NCBI GenBank assembly: GCA_034780895.1
Contig: JAUZTB010000118.1
Coordinates: 46,475,316-46,539,315 of the forward strand
Origin: Rhynchobatus australiae
Taxonomy: Eukaryota
Length of the DNA stretch: 64,000 nt
Reading direction: 5' to 3'
Below the pieces are notes generated by a model that was given only the letters and a program-made list of their open reading frames with translations, had not been told where the DNA came from and did no database searches. The position numbers and the translations under genes are program-made. This document shows, piece by piece, positions 27,046-39,959 of this stretch. The stretch's first letter is position 1; every line of letters starts with the position of its first letter.

Positions 27046-29844
27046 ATAGAGTTGTAGGATTTGGATTTAAGAGGAGAACTATTATAATAGAAGTAATGAA
27101 TAGATCTACAGAGAGCAGCTTGCAACGAGTCACCACGTTCCAGTGCCATTGATCTCTTATTAAAAGTTAACTACTTGCCACCGTTTGTATTGAGAGTTGC
27201 TGCTTTAGATGCAGAAGCCATGGTTGTTGTAAAGCTGAGGTGTCAGATAAGTGTATTCAACTCTCGGCTCAGATTGTTACAGTAGGCCTCTTGACTCAAG
27301 ACACCATCAGCACGATCTGACTGTTATCTGTAGCATCTAACAATCATGGACTGAAGTGCATTGTTCCTTTTAATTCTTGCAGCTAGATCATACTTTTTAA
27401 AAAAAAAAGTTATCATACATATTACAGTAACCATTGACAAGTATAATTTCTTCAGTATATCAACATTCTCTAATCTTTAATTCCACATGAGATTGTCAAG
27501 CTCATTGAAAACTGCCTGAAGATCCAAATAAATCACATCCATGGCTTTCCCCATCATCTGCTCTACTAGATACACCCTTAAAGAACTCTGTTAGTCAAAC
27601 ATACTTTCCCTTTTGTAAATCCATGTATACTTAGCTCAGTCATTTTTTTGTAAGTGTCTTCATATTGCATGCTTTATAGATATCTGGTTGGTAGTTCCCT
27701 GCTTACTCTTTCACTCCTTTCTTAAATAGTGGGATCCCATTTGCTACCTTCTCATTTGTAGGACCATTTCAGTATCAATACAATTTTAGGTTATAACTAC
27801 AGCATCCATTATTTCAATAGCTACCTCTTGCAAAATTCTCAGATGACTGGTGTTTAGCATTATTTAATCGATAATAAAGTGCTTTGGGCTATCTGAAAAC
27901 CTGCTATATAAATTCAAGTTTTAATATAAATGCAAGTTTGTTTTGATTCTATAGTCCTCAGGATTTTCAGTATGTGTCAAAACCTCTGTTTCCAGAGTAC
28001 TTCCAGAGGCTGCCCTTTTCTCTCACTAGGTAACCCGAATAAATTGATTGGCTAATGTAATATCTAGCAGTATTCTGCCCTTGTTGCCTTAAGGTCTTCA
28101 GTGCATCTCGATGTACAGTAAGTTTGTTCTTTTAGCTTCCCTTTGTGACAGATGCTCCTGTTTCTGCTGTTGACTTTCTTCTTTCCTCTCACATTATCTG
28201 TTGGAATGCTGGCTANNNNNNATAGGTATCACTTGGTAAGTTTGATGCACCAGTCACTAGTGATCAATCATGGAACGTGATTTGGGGTTCTTAATTTAAT
28301 AATTTAAGTTGTTTTTCCCGAGATGTCTCTCAAAAACTTCAGCTGATTTAAATCCTGCTTATGGCATGTATTGGTTTGCTAATTTTACTTAACAAATTCC
28401 AGAACCAAATGTTGGATCCTCTATGGTAAAATCACTTGCTGCTTTTAGTTCACAAGCTGGTCAGTCTGCTTTTTACTTGCTGTTTCTTGTATACTTTTGT
28501 TATTTCTTTTGGTGCCTTGTGTTTTTCTCGACTCAGTACTTTGTTAACTGAGTTCCTGCAAAGGGCATTTGAGGAAATGGCTATAAGGTACCATTGCTGT
28601 TTAGACAAAACATGGAATTAAATAACACTTTTGATATAGTAAAATGCTCTATGAATTGTCCAAATTAGACACTGAACTGGATAAGAAGATATTACAATAG
28701 GCATTTTAAAGGTTTGGTCAAAGGGACACTTTCAGAAATGAATTGGATGTTTAAGAATTCCAGAGCTGTGATCTGGTGCAGATGTGGAATGAGACCAGAA
28801 TAGGAGCAGCAGAAGGATGTTGAAGTTGTGGAAGGCTAGAAGAATGTGGAGATGGGGAAGATAAAGTCCCAAAAGGATTTGAAAACCAGGATGTGAATTT
28901 CAAAAGACTGGTGTAAAGTGGGTCATTGAGCATAGGCACAATGAATAGGATGCAGTCTGCAGAATTCTGGATGAGCTGATGTTTTGTTGTAAATGAGATG
29001 CAGCATGGCACAGCACTGGTGAAGCATGCAAAGGTTTCAGATTTTTTTTATTTTAGAAGTGCTAATTAGATGGTAAATTCTATTATACTTAGCATCCTTC
29101 TCCCTCATTCTCGGCCTACTTCAACGTTGTTTAAACCAGATTTTTGTTCTCTTCAGATTGTTATCAAAGTTTTAAAACAAAATACTTGCAGTTATTGTTT
29201 TCTCCTGTTTCTTTGGCTCTTTCTCTTTCCCACCCATTCCTTTTGGTACTTTCCTTCTCTTTTTTTGTTCTAGCTTATGAAGTTCATTTCTGCTGTACAT
29301 TCAACAACCAGCTAAGGCCCACTGTGGTGACCAGTTTCCATGGTAACACCACCTTTTGGGTTTGGGGACTATTACTTTTCATGATATTTTGCACATTGCG
29401 AGGCACTAGTCTCAAGTGTGTCCTCGATTCCTTTTGACTTTCTCCCCCCCCCCCCCATCCTGTTGCATGGCAGAGATCTGCTCAGCATGGATGTGACATC
29501 AAGTACCCATTGTCCTGTCAAATCCAAAAAACTACTTGTGTGAAATGAATGTGTTACAAAGCCTGAAGGATTAACAGCAATGACTTTGTGNNNNNNNNNN
29601 NNNNNNNNNNNNNNNNNNNNNNNNNNNNNNNNNNNNNNNNNNNNNNNNNNNNNNNNNNNNNNNNNNNNNNNNNNNNNNNNNNNNNNNNNNGACTTTGTGT
29701 CGCACAAAAAATATACAGATTTTAATAACCAGAACAAATCCATATCCAAACCCAATAAAGGCAATTGTATGCTTTATGTTTGGCAGTCTCCCAGCAATGT
29801 CTGGTTGTTCCTTTATAGACACAAACCCATGATAAATATAGCTG

Positions 29845-29982
29845 GAGACACAAGAGACTGCAGATGCTGGAATCTGCAGCAACAAACAATCTGCTGGAGG
29901 AATTAAGCAGGTCAAGCAGCATCTGTTGGGGGGGGAAACGGAATTGTTGACGTTTTGGGTCAAAAACCCTGCATCGTGACTT
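29845..29982 (-). mobile_element. Penelope-like terminal repeat fragment
   Basis: gacacaagagactgcagatgctggaatctgcagcaacaaacaatctgctggaggaa... is the same motif as at 2035-2130, 6200-6303, 44070-44185, 53004-53171 and 55300-55531. Confidence 0.7.
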
Positions 29983-30339
29983 TATCAATATTTAGGATTT
30001 GTGACCCTAAATTTTGATCCTCAGTTAGAGGCTACAATGTGAAAATCAGCAAAGATGTGTGGTTAATTTCTTCTTGCTTTCTAAACATGCTGGACACTTT
30101 TTATTAAGACTTGCTTAGTAAAATATTTTAAGTTTGTGATTGATTTAGGGATTGTTGTTTGAATTGTTTATTCTTGAAAAATATAATTTTCTTTTCTGAG
30201 CATGTAGAACAGGTAGTCCCCGGGTTAAAACAGGATTCCATTCCTGAGAACTGTTCATAACCTGAACTCTTAAGTCAGAAATGAACAAAAACAGTGTGTG
30301 GGAGAGGATCACAGAAACTGCTCTGGGAGAGCAAGCAGG

Positions 30340-30658
30340 TACTGGAAAAGCGGCGGCCGGCCAGCCAGCCTGCCTCACTCTCCCAGTGTGAGAGAGTATG
30401 CTCAGCACTCCGAGCTCTGCTTGGCTTTACTCAGTCCCTGATTGTTTCAGCTCAGGGTGGGGGGGAGAAAAGGCAAGTGGAACTGCCCCATTCCCACCCG
30501 GCAGAAGATGCCTGGAGCCCCATAGAAGCTGGCAAATCCATCCCACTGGTCTCCCAAATGCTCATTCATTTCTACAGGCTGTCCTTGAGTCGGGCATTTG
30601 TAACCAGGGGAGGTCCTATAATTCAGTTAAACTATTTAAATAAAAACAGCAGGTGAGA
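30340..30658 (+). promoter_or_regulatory. Candidate regulatory region / alternative 5' exon
   Basis: Locally GC/CpG-richer unique stretch (gcggcggccggccagcc) ending in donor-like CAG|GTGAGA at 30653, 1.2 kb upstream of the exon 2 acceptor. Confidence 0.25.
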
Positions 30659-31859
30659 ATCCCAACGATAAAACATTAGATAATGCAAGCCATTGAACAA
30701 AAGAATGAATTGCAAATGTTTGTTGCGCATTGTAGCTCATTAGTTTTTTTTAAAGCCCACATTCTTGCCTTTATCTGCTAACGGGATTCTGGAACATTCT
30801 TTTTACGATGTGTATGAATGCTGCTTCCGCTTGAGCCACATTCATTGATTGGATTTCACATGCAGTTTGCAGAAATTCTGAACTGGGCCAATGGCTTTTC
30901 CAAACCTATTAATTAGGCAGAAGTCAGCTGTACCATAATTGATTTTAAAACTGAGTCTTGAACTACTCTATCATATCAATTTACCATTTTATTCTACTGA
31001 AGTTGAGCTTGTGAAGGGGTTTTACCTCAATGCTGTTTGTGGGATTTTACTAAATACCGGCTGCTACATTTCTCTACATCGAAGCAGTGGCTGCATTTTC
31101 AAAAAGCAGATCATTAACTGGGAAGTGCTTTAAACTGTTGTGCAAGGTATTATGGATGAGAAAGATTTGTTCTTTTTTAATTGCCTGTAAACAATAGTCA
31201 AAGCACGTGGATTTGCCAAATGCACCCCTGCTGAGATTAAGGGTTGGTTCTTGCCAACTTTTGCATTGCTGGTATTTAGCCACAGAAACAGGACTTCCTT
31301 CTATGTGCCATGAAACATGGAAACCTGGAACTTGATGGCAGATTTGGAAGGCCAAATAACCATTAAAATCAGTGATAATAAATTTCAGCAGCTCCCAGCT
31401 TTGGCCTTTTTGGGGATGAGACCAGCAGCCATCCGATACAGAGGACCTGCAGGTCAACTGACCTTGGTAACTGTGGGTGTTGAACTGAGGAGAGAGTCAT
31501 GTCGTGTCACGTTGGCTGGCACTCTGCTTAAATTTGTGTTAAATTAAGTAAAAAGTTACTTGGTGATAAATGTTGCTGTTTTCGTATTTTTGTGGTAGTC
31601 TTAAGCAACTGAATTCTTGGGCCACGTTCTTATGTACTTGAGTGAACTCAAAGGTTTAAACCGTGGCCATCTTGCTAGGGCAGAAGGGGTAGGAAAGGTA
31701 GCAGGAGTTGATGTATAACCAAAATGGGACTCTGTGCCTATCTTTACCATCCCAAAGTGAATGTTCAGAAGGTTCTAGGAAAAGATGTGAATTTTTCTTT
31801 ACCTCTTTTCATTAAAACTGTATGAAATATTTTGTGATCTTTTCTTTCTTTTTTTTCAG

Positions 31860-32131
31860 GAGCTGACCATCCCTGTCTACCAAGCTGGACACTTAACTAT
31901 GGAATGCATTCACCTGCTGATAACTCCAGCCCTAAGAAACTGTGTTATCACTACCCGGAGAAGTATTAGTTAGCAGTACAACATCTCCAAACACTAGCAA
32001 GCACTTTTACGGAAGAAAACTACAGTTTACAGAGCTTAGTTTGGGTTGTGTGTGTGCGTGTTTGTGTGCGAGTCTGTCTGTGATTCTTCCAATTCACTTC
32101 TGTGCACATACTTGAAACCTAAAAATCCAAA
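31860..32131 (+). other. SLC20A2: SLC20A2 5'UTR portion of first coding exon (exon 2)
   Basis: Long polypyrimidine tract ending ttttttcag (AG 31858-31859), about 270 nt upstream of the ATG. Human SLC20A2 likewise starts in exon 2 after a non-coding exon 1. Confidence 0.75.
31899..31973 (+). promoter_or_regulatory. Overlapping upstream ORFs in SLC20A2 5'UTR
   Basis: actATGG 31899..TAG 31973 (MECIHLLITPALRNCVITTRRSIS) and ggaATGC 31904..TAG 31969 (MHSPADNSSPKKLCYHYPEKY). Confidence 0.55.
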
Positions 32132-32420
32132 ATGGTGCTGGAGGATTACATGTGGATGGTGATAGTGGGCTTTATAATGGCCTTTATTCTTGCTTTCTCT
32201 GTGGGTGCAAATGATGTGGCCAATTCCTTTGGTACTGCTGTGGGCTCTGGTGTCGTGACACTGCGCCAGGCCTGCATCCTGGCTTCCATTTTTGAAACAA
32301 CTGGGTCTGTACTGCTTGGAGCAAAGGTTGGAGAAACTATCCGGAAGGGAATCATCGATGTTAACCTGTACAATGGAAGCGAGCAAGTGCTCATGGCTGG
32401 TGAAGTCAGTGCAATGGTTG
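32132..32420 (+). CDS. SLC20A2: Sodium-dependent phosphate transporter 2 (PiT-2), coding exon 2
   Basis: [83 protein letters not shown]... carries the PHO4/PiT GANDVANS signature and a PiT-2-type N-terminus. Kozak context aaaATGG; donor G|gtaagt at 32421; 289 nt. Confidence 0.97.
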
Positions 32421-33889
32421 GTAAGTGGTTGGCTTTTTCTTTGTTTTTGAGCTTGTAATGAAACTTTGTGTGGAAATGGTTGACCAGAGAGAGAATTCCC
32501 TCCCTGTTTAAGCATTAGGAATGGAGAGCAATCTGAACTGGTATTGGAGAATCAAATGATTTCACTTTTTAAGAATTACTGTCAGTTTGTGTGTCCATCT
32601 ATTTGGTTTAATAATGAGTTGTATGTAGTGGAACTGCATAAAGGTTCTCTTCAATCTGCATAATTTAATGAAATACAAAAGACAATTCAATTTGCTGAAA
32701 CCTCTAATTGTTACCAATTGCACTGTCATGAACTCAACCCAATGACTGACAACTCTTTTTCACAATGAAACAAATAGTTGCAGGTATTTCTGTCACAAAG
32801 ATAAGATGCCAGAAATGTTTCCTGGATTATGAAGACCTTGCCATTTACATTTATTCTCTGTCCCCATGTTTAGTACATGGGGTCAGAGAATAAATGTAAA
32901 TTCAATTCCTGATGTCTTGAAACTTTTTGGCAGCATACTTGATTTTTTTTGGCAATAAACAATTTGCCTGAGCTCTTTAAAAAGATATTTGCCTCTTTCT
33001 TCAAAAGAGATGATTAACTGTATTAAAGCCTACTTATGATATTTATTACTACTCCAAAATACTGTTTGGGAAGGAGTAGATTGTCATCCTTCTGCTCCAA
33101 TGCAGAGTGCCATGTGTACTGCACCAAGATGGAATTCATTTTAACAGACTTTCAAAGTCATGGAAAGGTGCCATTCAGTCCCAACCATTCTTATGTCCAC
33201 ACAAACCTTCTCCAACTCCAGATGTCCTTTCTATATAACCTACTCATTTCTTTCTCCTTTCTTCATCAGATACTAACACCCTAAAGTCCCCTATTTACTT
33301 CAGCCACTCCAGTTGGCAATGTCTTTGCTTATTTTCATGTAAAGAAATTGCTCATATTTTTCACTTGATCTGTTTGAAATACCTTTTTAAAGTAATGGCC
33401 TCTCAATCTAGACTTGACCACAAGTGGGAACTGTTACCCTGCATCCATACTATTCATCCCCTTTGTAATTTTAATGTATTTTATTATATGTCTTAATTTC
33501 CTTCTTCTCCAGGAGAAAGATTCTGCCCACTTCATGTTTACTAAGACTTGTCTCAATTCTGGTAACATTTCAAATCTTGTCTGCAAAACATTCTGCTCTA
33601 AAGATGGCCAAACCAGGAGCCTATTTCTTGCCTCTTGACCAATAAAGCTATTTTGTGTTAATGGCCCTGTGTCTGAATTACGGGAAAATTGCCAACTGGA
33701 AAAAGTCACATCAGCATTGTAAAATACCCAGCTTCTTTTTACGTGTTACAATGGTCAACACTGAAATGTGATGGCATGTGTAACATTTGTCTGGGCAGAT
33801 ATGGTGACAAGGCACTTGAGGTCAAATGGCCTTCCGTACTGTAACCATGCTGATCCTGTGAATGACGCATTATGGCTAAAGGATAAACA

Positions 33890-34300
33890 AGAAAACAAGA
33901 GCAGGAGTAGGCCACCAGCCCTTTAAGCATGCTGCTCCATTCAATATGATCATGGCTGATGTGCTACAGGCTTCAACTCTTCTGTGTCAGTTCCACATGA
34001 CCCTCCATTTCTTGACATTTTAAAAATGCTATCTAACTCCTCCTTAAAATGCCTCGCCAACACTCCAGAATACAGAATTCCAGAGGTTCACCACCCTTTT
34101 GAAACTATGTCCCTTTGTTTGAGACTTCTAGTCATGGAAACATCTCAATATTTACCCTGTTATGCCCCCTTATGATTATGTATGCAATAAGGTCAGCCCT
34201 CATTCTTTTAAACCAAAGACATAGAACTAACTTTTTAGTTGTTCATGATAAGACAACCCTCTCACCCCAAGAATTAGCCCGGTGAATCACTTCTGCACTG
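33890..34300 (-). mobile_element. CR1-like LINE 3' fragment
   Basis: gagcaggagtaggccacc...ccattcaatatgatcatggctgat...gaattccagaggttcaccaccc, a reverse-strand CR1 3' end. Confidence 0.65.
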
Positions 34301-34310
34301 CAAAACCTCT

Positions 34311-34596
34311 AGTGTAGTGGTTAACGTAACGCTATTACAGCGCCAGCGACCCAGGTTCAATTCCAGCTGCTGTCTGTAAGGAGTTTGTACGTTCTCCCCG
34401 TGTGTCTGTGTAGGTTTCCTCCGGGTGCTCCGGTTTCCTCCCACATTCCAAAGATGCATGGGTTAGGAAGTGGTGGGCATGCTACGTTGGTGCCGGAAGT
34501 GTGGTGACACTTGCGGGTGGCCTCCAGAACACTCTACACAAAATAGTGTATTTCACTATGTGTTTTGCTGTACATGTGACTAATAAAGAAATCTTA
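34311..34596 (+). mobile_element. tRNA-derived V-SINE (HE1-like)
   Basis: A-box-like gtgtagtggtt, B-box ggttcaattcc, V-domain core gagtttgtacgttctccccgtg...gtttcctccgggtgctccggtttcctcccacattccaaaga, tail tgtacatgtgactaataaag; three more copies in the window. Confidence 0.85.
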
Positions 34597-36854
34597 TGAA
34601 GATTATTTCAAGAGCATCTTGCCTACACCTCAACTAATGAGAAAGATCAAGGGAGTAATGCTATGGGAATACCTGTTTTCTTCAAATCTGATTCCTTTAT
34701 CATATGGCCATATAACAACATGATAATGTCGTTTCACTCAAAATTCTGGAACTCGCCAACTAATACCATAACACTTCAGTGGGACTGTGCAAACTTTTCA
34801 CAATTAAAGAAGGGTAGTAAATGTAACCTCGCCAGTAATGTGCATGTCTTGTGAATAACTTACCTTTTTTTTAAAAAAAAAAGGTACTTTTTTTGTATAT
34901 TCATTTTGATAATGTGGGTGAGGTGGGAAGCAAGATCATGATCATGGAGAGAAGAAGAGGATCCTGCTGTAAATTCTTTCTTGATTTCTTCTCCTAGAAG
35001 TGGACAAAAGTGAGGCTTGTTTTCTCTCTCTCTCAGTAATTAACACTGAGCATTAGTATGAAATGGAAAATAAAAATCACCAGAGAAATATGTTGGCACC
35101 ATCACCACAAGGATACCCACATAGAAGGATCAGTATGCACCAAACACAGCAGTAACAATGGCATTTCTCAATCTTAAATTGGCAAAATTGCTTTCTTATA
35201 AGATTAGACAATGCTTTCATTTAAAAACAAACTTGTTTCTAGGCACAGTTAATAAAATGTAAACACTTGCCTTTTTTTTAAAAAAGGTTATGTAACAGAG
35301 ACTAAGTAAACATTTTTTTTTAAAAGCATACAATTCAAAAAAAGTTCTTGTACTTGATTGCAAACTCTTGAAAAGCATGGATATTACAAACCGCAGTGAA
35401 ATGAACTTCACCTGATTACAGATGACAGGGCCGTAGGTTCTAGGGATTCCATGAGCAGGGGAAGAGCACACAGCAGATTCTGGATGTGATAGTTAAAGAA
35501 TGAACCATTGCAACTCTGCTGAATGTTGACTCAGGTCACTGTGACCAACACTGGATATCTAAAACTCACAAGGCATGCATAATTCTGACCTGGAAACAAA
35601 TTGCCTTTATTGTCGCTGTGACTTAATCACAACCCCGTAGCACTATAGAAGCATCTATATCAGAGGGACTGCAATGTTGAATTATTGTGGATCACAAAAA
35701 CTCTTCATATTGCCAAGAATGAACCAGTTACATATATTAAAAAAACACTTAAATCAGGGGATGGGTAGCTTCTTGTTATTTAAAAAAAATTGAAGAGGGA
35801 GATAAAAGATTTGCTTCCAGTTATTAAAACTTTATTTCTAACTGATTATCTTAGACTACAGGGAACAGTGCCAGGACCTTTTTGTAAGCTCTTGGGTTCA
35901 TTCTTGTGATCTAACTGGACTCTCTTTTGGAACAAAGTGATGATGTAGCTTTGATTAAAACTGTAGTACTTGTACACTGCACCAATACTTGTTTTTGATG
36001 GTTGTGTTTCGACTGGATTCAAAGATCAACTATTCTTCCAATAGTGAGAAAAGGAAGGAGTTGTATTAAAGCTCCCAATTCTTGTTTAAACGCCACAACC
36101 CTTGTGGCGGGGGGAAGGGGAGAGACCACTGGGATTGGCTTTTGCTTTGCTTTTCTGCTTTTCTCTTCCCGCCCACCTCTTTCTTTTCTCTCTCTTCCCT
36201 TCCCTCCCCCCCCCTCCCCCCGCCCCAATTATTTTAAAAATCCTGGCNNNNNNNNNNNNNNNNNNNNNNNNNNNNNNNNNNGCAGTTCCGTGGAACTTTT
36301 AACAGGCTGGTTTCTGTTTGTCTGGAGGATTTAGTGCCTGCGATTCTTGTTATAGTGTGAACACTCATCTTGCCTCAGTTTAAGCAAGAAATGCCTGCTC
36401 CCAACAACTCAATTTCATGTTGAAAGAAGGCTGAACCAATTGACTGGACTGCATTCTTGTTTTTAACCCTCCTCCTCCCCATCTGACCCTCAACCTGTAT
36501 AAGTGGCATGTGATGTCTGAGCAGAGTTTTGCATGAGTAAGACACCGTTTGAGGTAGATGAGTTAATTTATGGAAACCCAATTCCAAAGACTGGGTTTAG
36601 ATCAGTGGTTGCAGTGTTAATGCATGCTCTCTTTGCAAAGTAGAGTGCCACAAGGACCAAAGCTCTCTATAGTTAATAATTCTTTTTTTTTGAAGTGTAA
36701 TCGCTGTTGTTGAAATTGCTTGCAGTCGTGTGACTTCATTTGGTAATGTTGGTTTGTTCTGATTAGCCAAAATAATGAGTGCAGAAGCAAGGTAAGATTT
36801 AACAGCAAACATTAACTCCTTGCGTTTTATTTTCTATTTCTTGCTTTTGATTAG

Positions 36855-36995
36855 GTTCTGCAATCTGGCAACTCATTGCTTCATTTTTGAAGCTTCCGAT
36901 ATCAGGTACACATTGCATTGTTGGAGCCACCATTGGTTTCTCCCTCGTTTCACTTGGTGCTCAGAGTGTCCGATGGATCGAGCTCGTCAAGATTG
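36855..36995 (+). CDS. SLC20A2: PiT-2 exon 3
   Basis: ttag|...|gtaatt, 141 nt, phase 1-1; (G)[46 protein letters not shown], containing the first-repeat PISGTH motif. Confidence 0.96.
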
Positions 36996-37589
36996 GTAAT
37001 TGAGCTGTTAAGGGATTATTGTACACATAAGCAACAATTGGTAACATTTAAGAACCCTTCTATTTCATTACATCAGTTTTCTTCTCTGGCATAATTCTCT
37101 ACAAACATCTGGTGTAACCATTTTTATTTGTCTTCAGAATGGTCTGTACAATTAGAGTTTTGTGCACTTCAGTAATGTTGAATACAATATAATGGCATAT
37201 AAATACCTAGCGATAGCTCATTTGGGTCTACAACAACATGTATGTTGCCAGGGAAACCTCTCCTCACTTGCTTCAATTTGCCTTTATTGGTACATCCCTC
37301 TTGCTTTTGCCCTTGTGTACTGTCTGACTTCCTTTTAAATTCATCAGTGTGTACCAATTGTACATGAAGTATTATGTTCCACATACTCAGCATCCTGTAG
37401 AAAGGAACTTCTCCTGAATTTGAGTGACTGGCTTATGGTTAAGAACCTGTTTTGAGCCTCTTCTGCATCCCCCACAAGTGGGAACTTTTTAGAATACCCA
37501 GTTTTAAAACCAGTTTTAAATACTTCCTGAACACCCCCCATTCTGTAGTTGTTAAACTTTGACATCAATTTTAGAAGGATAGGTGGGGG

Positions 37590-39560
37590 GGGGGGGGGAT
37601 AAAAAAGGGGGTAAGGCAGATCAGTATGAGATCGGTAGTGAGAAATGATCATAGGTCTGGATATTGAGGTAGAATAATTTTAAGTGGAAATAAGAAATAG
37701 CAGGGGAAAGATGTGACCTGTGGGAGTAATCGACAGGAACTCAACAATGGCTACACTGTAGGACAGCACAAATTAAAAAAAAATAATGGAGGCTTGCAAG
37801 ACACATACAGCAGTAAATATGAGTGACTTGGAGATGGCCTGGAAGTCAAATGCATAGAGTGTGTTGGATACAGTTTGTTAGAACAATACGTCATGGAACC
37901 AACCAGGAAACAGTCCACTTTAGATCTGGTCAATGGTAGTGAAACAGGATTAGTTAATGATCTCATAGTAAATAAACCTCTGGGACTGAATGATCATAAC
38001 ACAGAAGCTAATTCATAAACTTAAATATACTACAAAGATTTAAAGGCAAAAAGTGGATTGGGAAAATAGATGTAAAAGAAAGTTGGTGGATAAGGTCTGC
38101 TGTTGCTTAAGGAAATGTTTCATAATGGAACGGATCTTTGCTGAGATCTGAGACATAAAGACACTATGAAAAGAATGGTCCATTCCAGCCTAATGAAGGA
38201 AGATTTAAACAAATTTAAAAAGTAAGGTGAAGGTTAGTGGTGATCCAGAAGAACAGGAAAACTTTAAACTCAGCAAAGGATAGCTTGAGAAAGAAGTTTA
38301 TGAAATAGATTAGGATATAACTGTAGGTTAGCAAAAAGGTCATATAGCTGCCACTATATTTTTAAAAAAAGGAAGAGTGTAAGTAAAGTCAAATATTTAT
38401 TTATCCCTTAAAGGATGAGTGAGGAATTAAGAATGAAGAAGAAACTGTCAGAGAGTTTGAACAAGTGTTTTGTATTTGTTGTCACAGTAGAATACATTAA
38501 AAGCATCCTAAGTAATAATCGAAATTAGTCCCTTTCATTTGGCAAAGCAATGGGGCTCACAGCTGACAAGTCCTGTGGACAACACTATGCCTCCCAGAGT
38601 CTTGAAGTGGCCACTGAGATGGTGGATGCATTGGCTATTGGGACACTACAGCTTTACAAACATTGTTTAAACTGCAGTTGGAGTACTGTGTGAAATTCTG
38701 GTCACTGATGTGGTTGTGCTAGAGAGAATGCAAAGGAGATTCAACAGGAAGTTGTTTGATTGGAATTTGTTAGTTATGGCGAGAGATTAGATAGACAGAC
38801 AGCACTTCTTTTTCCAAGAGCAAAGGAGGCTGCGGGGTGATCTGAGAAAGGTATATAAAACTACAAGGTGCATAGATAGGGTAGATAGTCAGAACCTTTC
38901 TTGTAGTCTGAGTATCAAAAATGAGAACATAGGTTTAAGGTGAGAAGAGGACTTCTGAAGGAGATTTGAGGGGAAAATTTTTACCCAGCAAGTGGTTGAC
39001 ATCTGGAACTTGCTGCCAGAGGTGGTGGTGGAATCTAATACAATCATTATGTTTAAGAGACATTTAGGCAGGCACTTGAATAGGCAAGGCATAGATGGAT
39101 ACAGACTTAATGAGGGCAAATGGGATTATTGTAGATCAGCAAAGAACGGGATGGATACGGTGAGCCGAAGGGCATGACTCGATGACTAAGATGCTAGAAT
39201 CCATTATTAAACACGAAGTGGCAGGACACAAAAATAAATTATGATTAAATCAAACAAAGTCAACATTGTTTTATGAAAGGATAATCCTATTTGACGTATT
39301 TATTAATGTTCTTTTGAGGAGTTATTGAGCGAACTAGTATATTTGGTTTTCCTGAAGGCATTCAATAAGCTGCCTCATGATGCACAAGGCTCATGGCATT
39401 GGGGATAATATTTTAGCATGGATAGAAGATTTGCTAACCAATAGAAAATACTCAGGACAAAGTGTTCATTTTTCAGGATGGCCAGCTGTAACTAGTGGGA
39501 TACCCCAGGGATCAGTGCTGTGGCCTTAACTATTTAACAATCTATAATGACAGATGAAGG
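37590..39560 (+). mobile_element. Old CR1-like LINE with a nested younger CR1 3' fragment (~38645-39190)
   Basis: Endonuclease-end remnant (gaaccaaccaggaaacag...ttagatctgg) and RT remnants (ttttatgaaagg...ccccagggatcagtgctg), interrupted by an LEYCVKFWS...RRLRGDL 3' piece. Confidence 0.7.
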
Positions 39561-39687
39561 GTCACACATGCCACAAGTCCAATCCAAATTTAACCCCACA
39601 TCTGCATTTTCCATTAAAGCTTTTTTTCTGGGTGAAATACAACTTCATTTCTGATCTTGTTTTGTCTTGTGGGGTTTGTCATTGCAG

Positions 39688-39773
39688 TTGCTTCCTGGTT
39701 CATTTCCCCGCTTCTATCTGGGATCATGTCTGGAGTGCTCTTTATCCTGATTCGATTCTTCATCTTGAAAAAG
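39688..39773 (+). CDS. SLC20A2: PiT-2 exon 4
   Basis: tgcag|...AAG|gtattt, 86 nt; (V)[28 protein letters not shown]. Confidence 0.95.
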
Positions 39774-39862
39774 GTATTTTCTTAAAAGGTATTAAATTGT
39801 GAATTGTTACCCACCCCCACCCCAGTTTTTTAACACACTAATTTACTATATCATTTCTGCAG

Positions 39863-39959
39863 GAAGATCCTGTGCCGAATGGCCTACGTGCACTCCCACT
39901 GTTTTATGCTGCTACTGTAGGGATAAATACCTTCTCAATCTTGTACACGGGAGCACCAT
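39863..39959 (+). CDS. SLC20A2: PiT-2 exon 5
   Basis: tgcag|...|gtaagt, 97 nt; [32 protein letters not shown]. Confidence 0.95.

Noticed and set aside
119-31547. Numerous 60-170 aa ORFs in the six-frame track outside the SLC20A2 exons
   Set aside because: No recognisable domains or exon structure; they are chance ORFs, N-spanning ORFs or decayed retroelement fragments.
34311-34375. tRNA gene
   Set aside because: A/B-box-like motifs run directly into the V-SINE core and recur in several copies, so this is a SINE head, not a tRNA.
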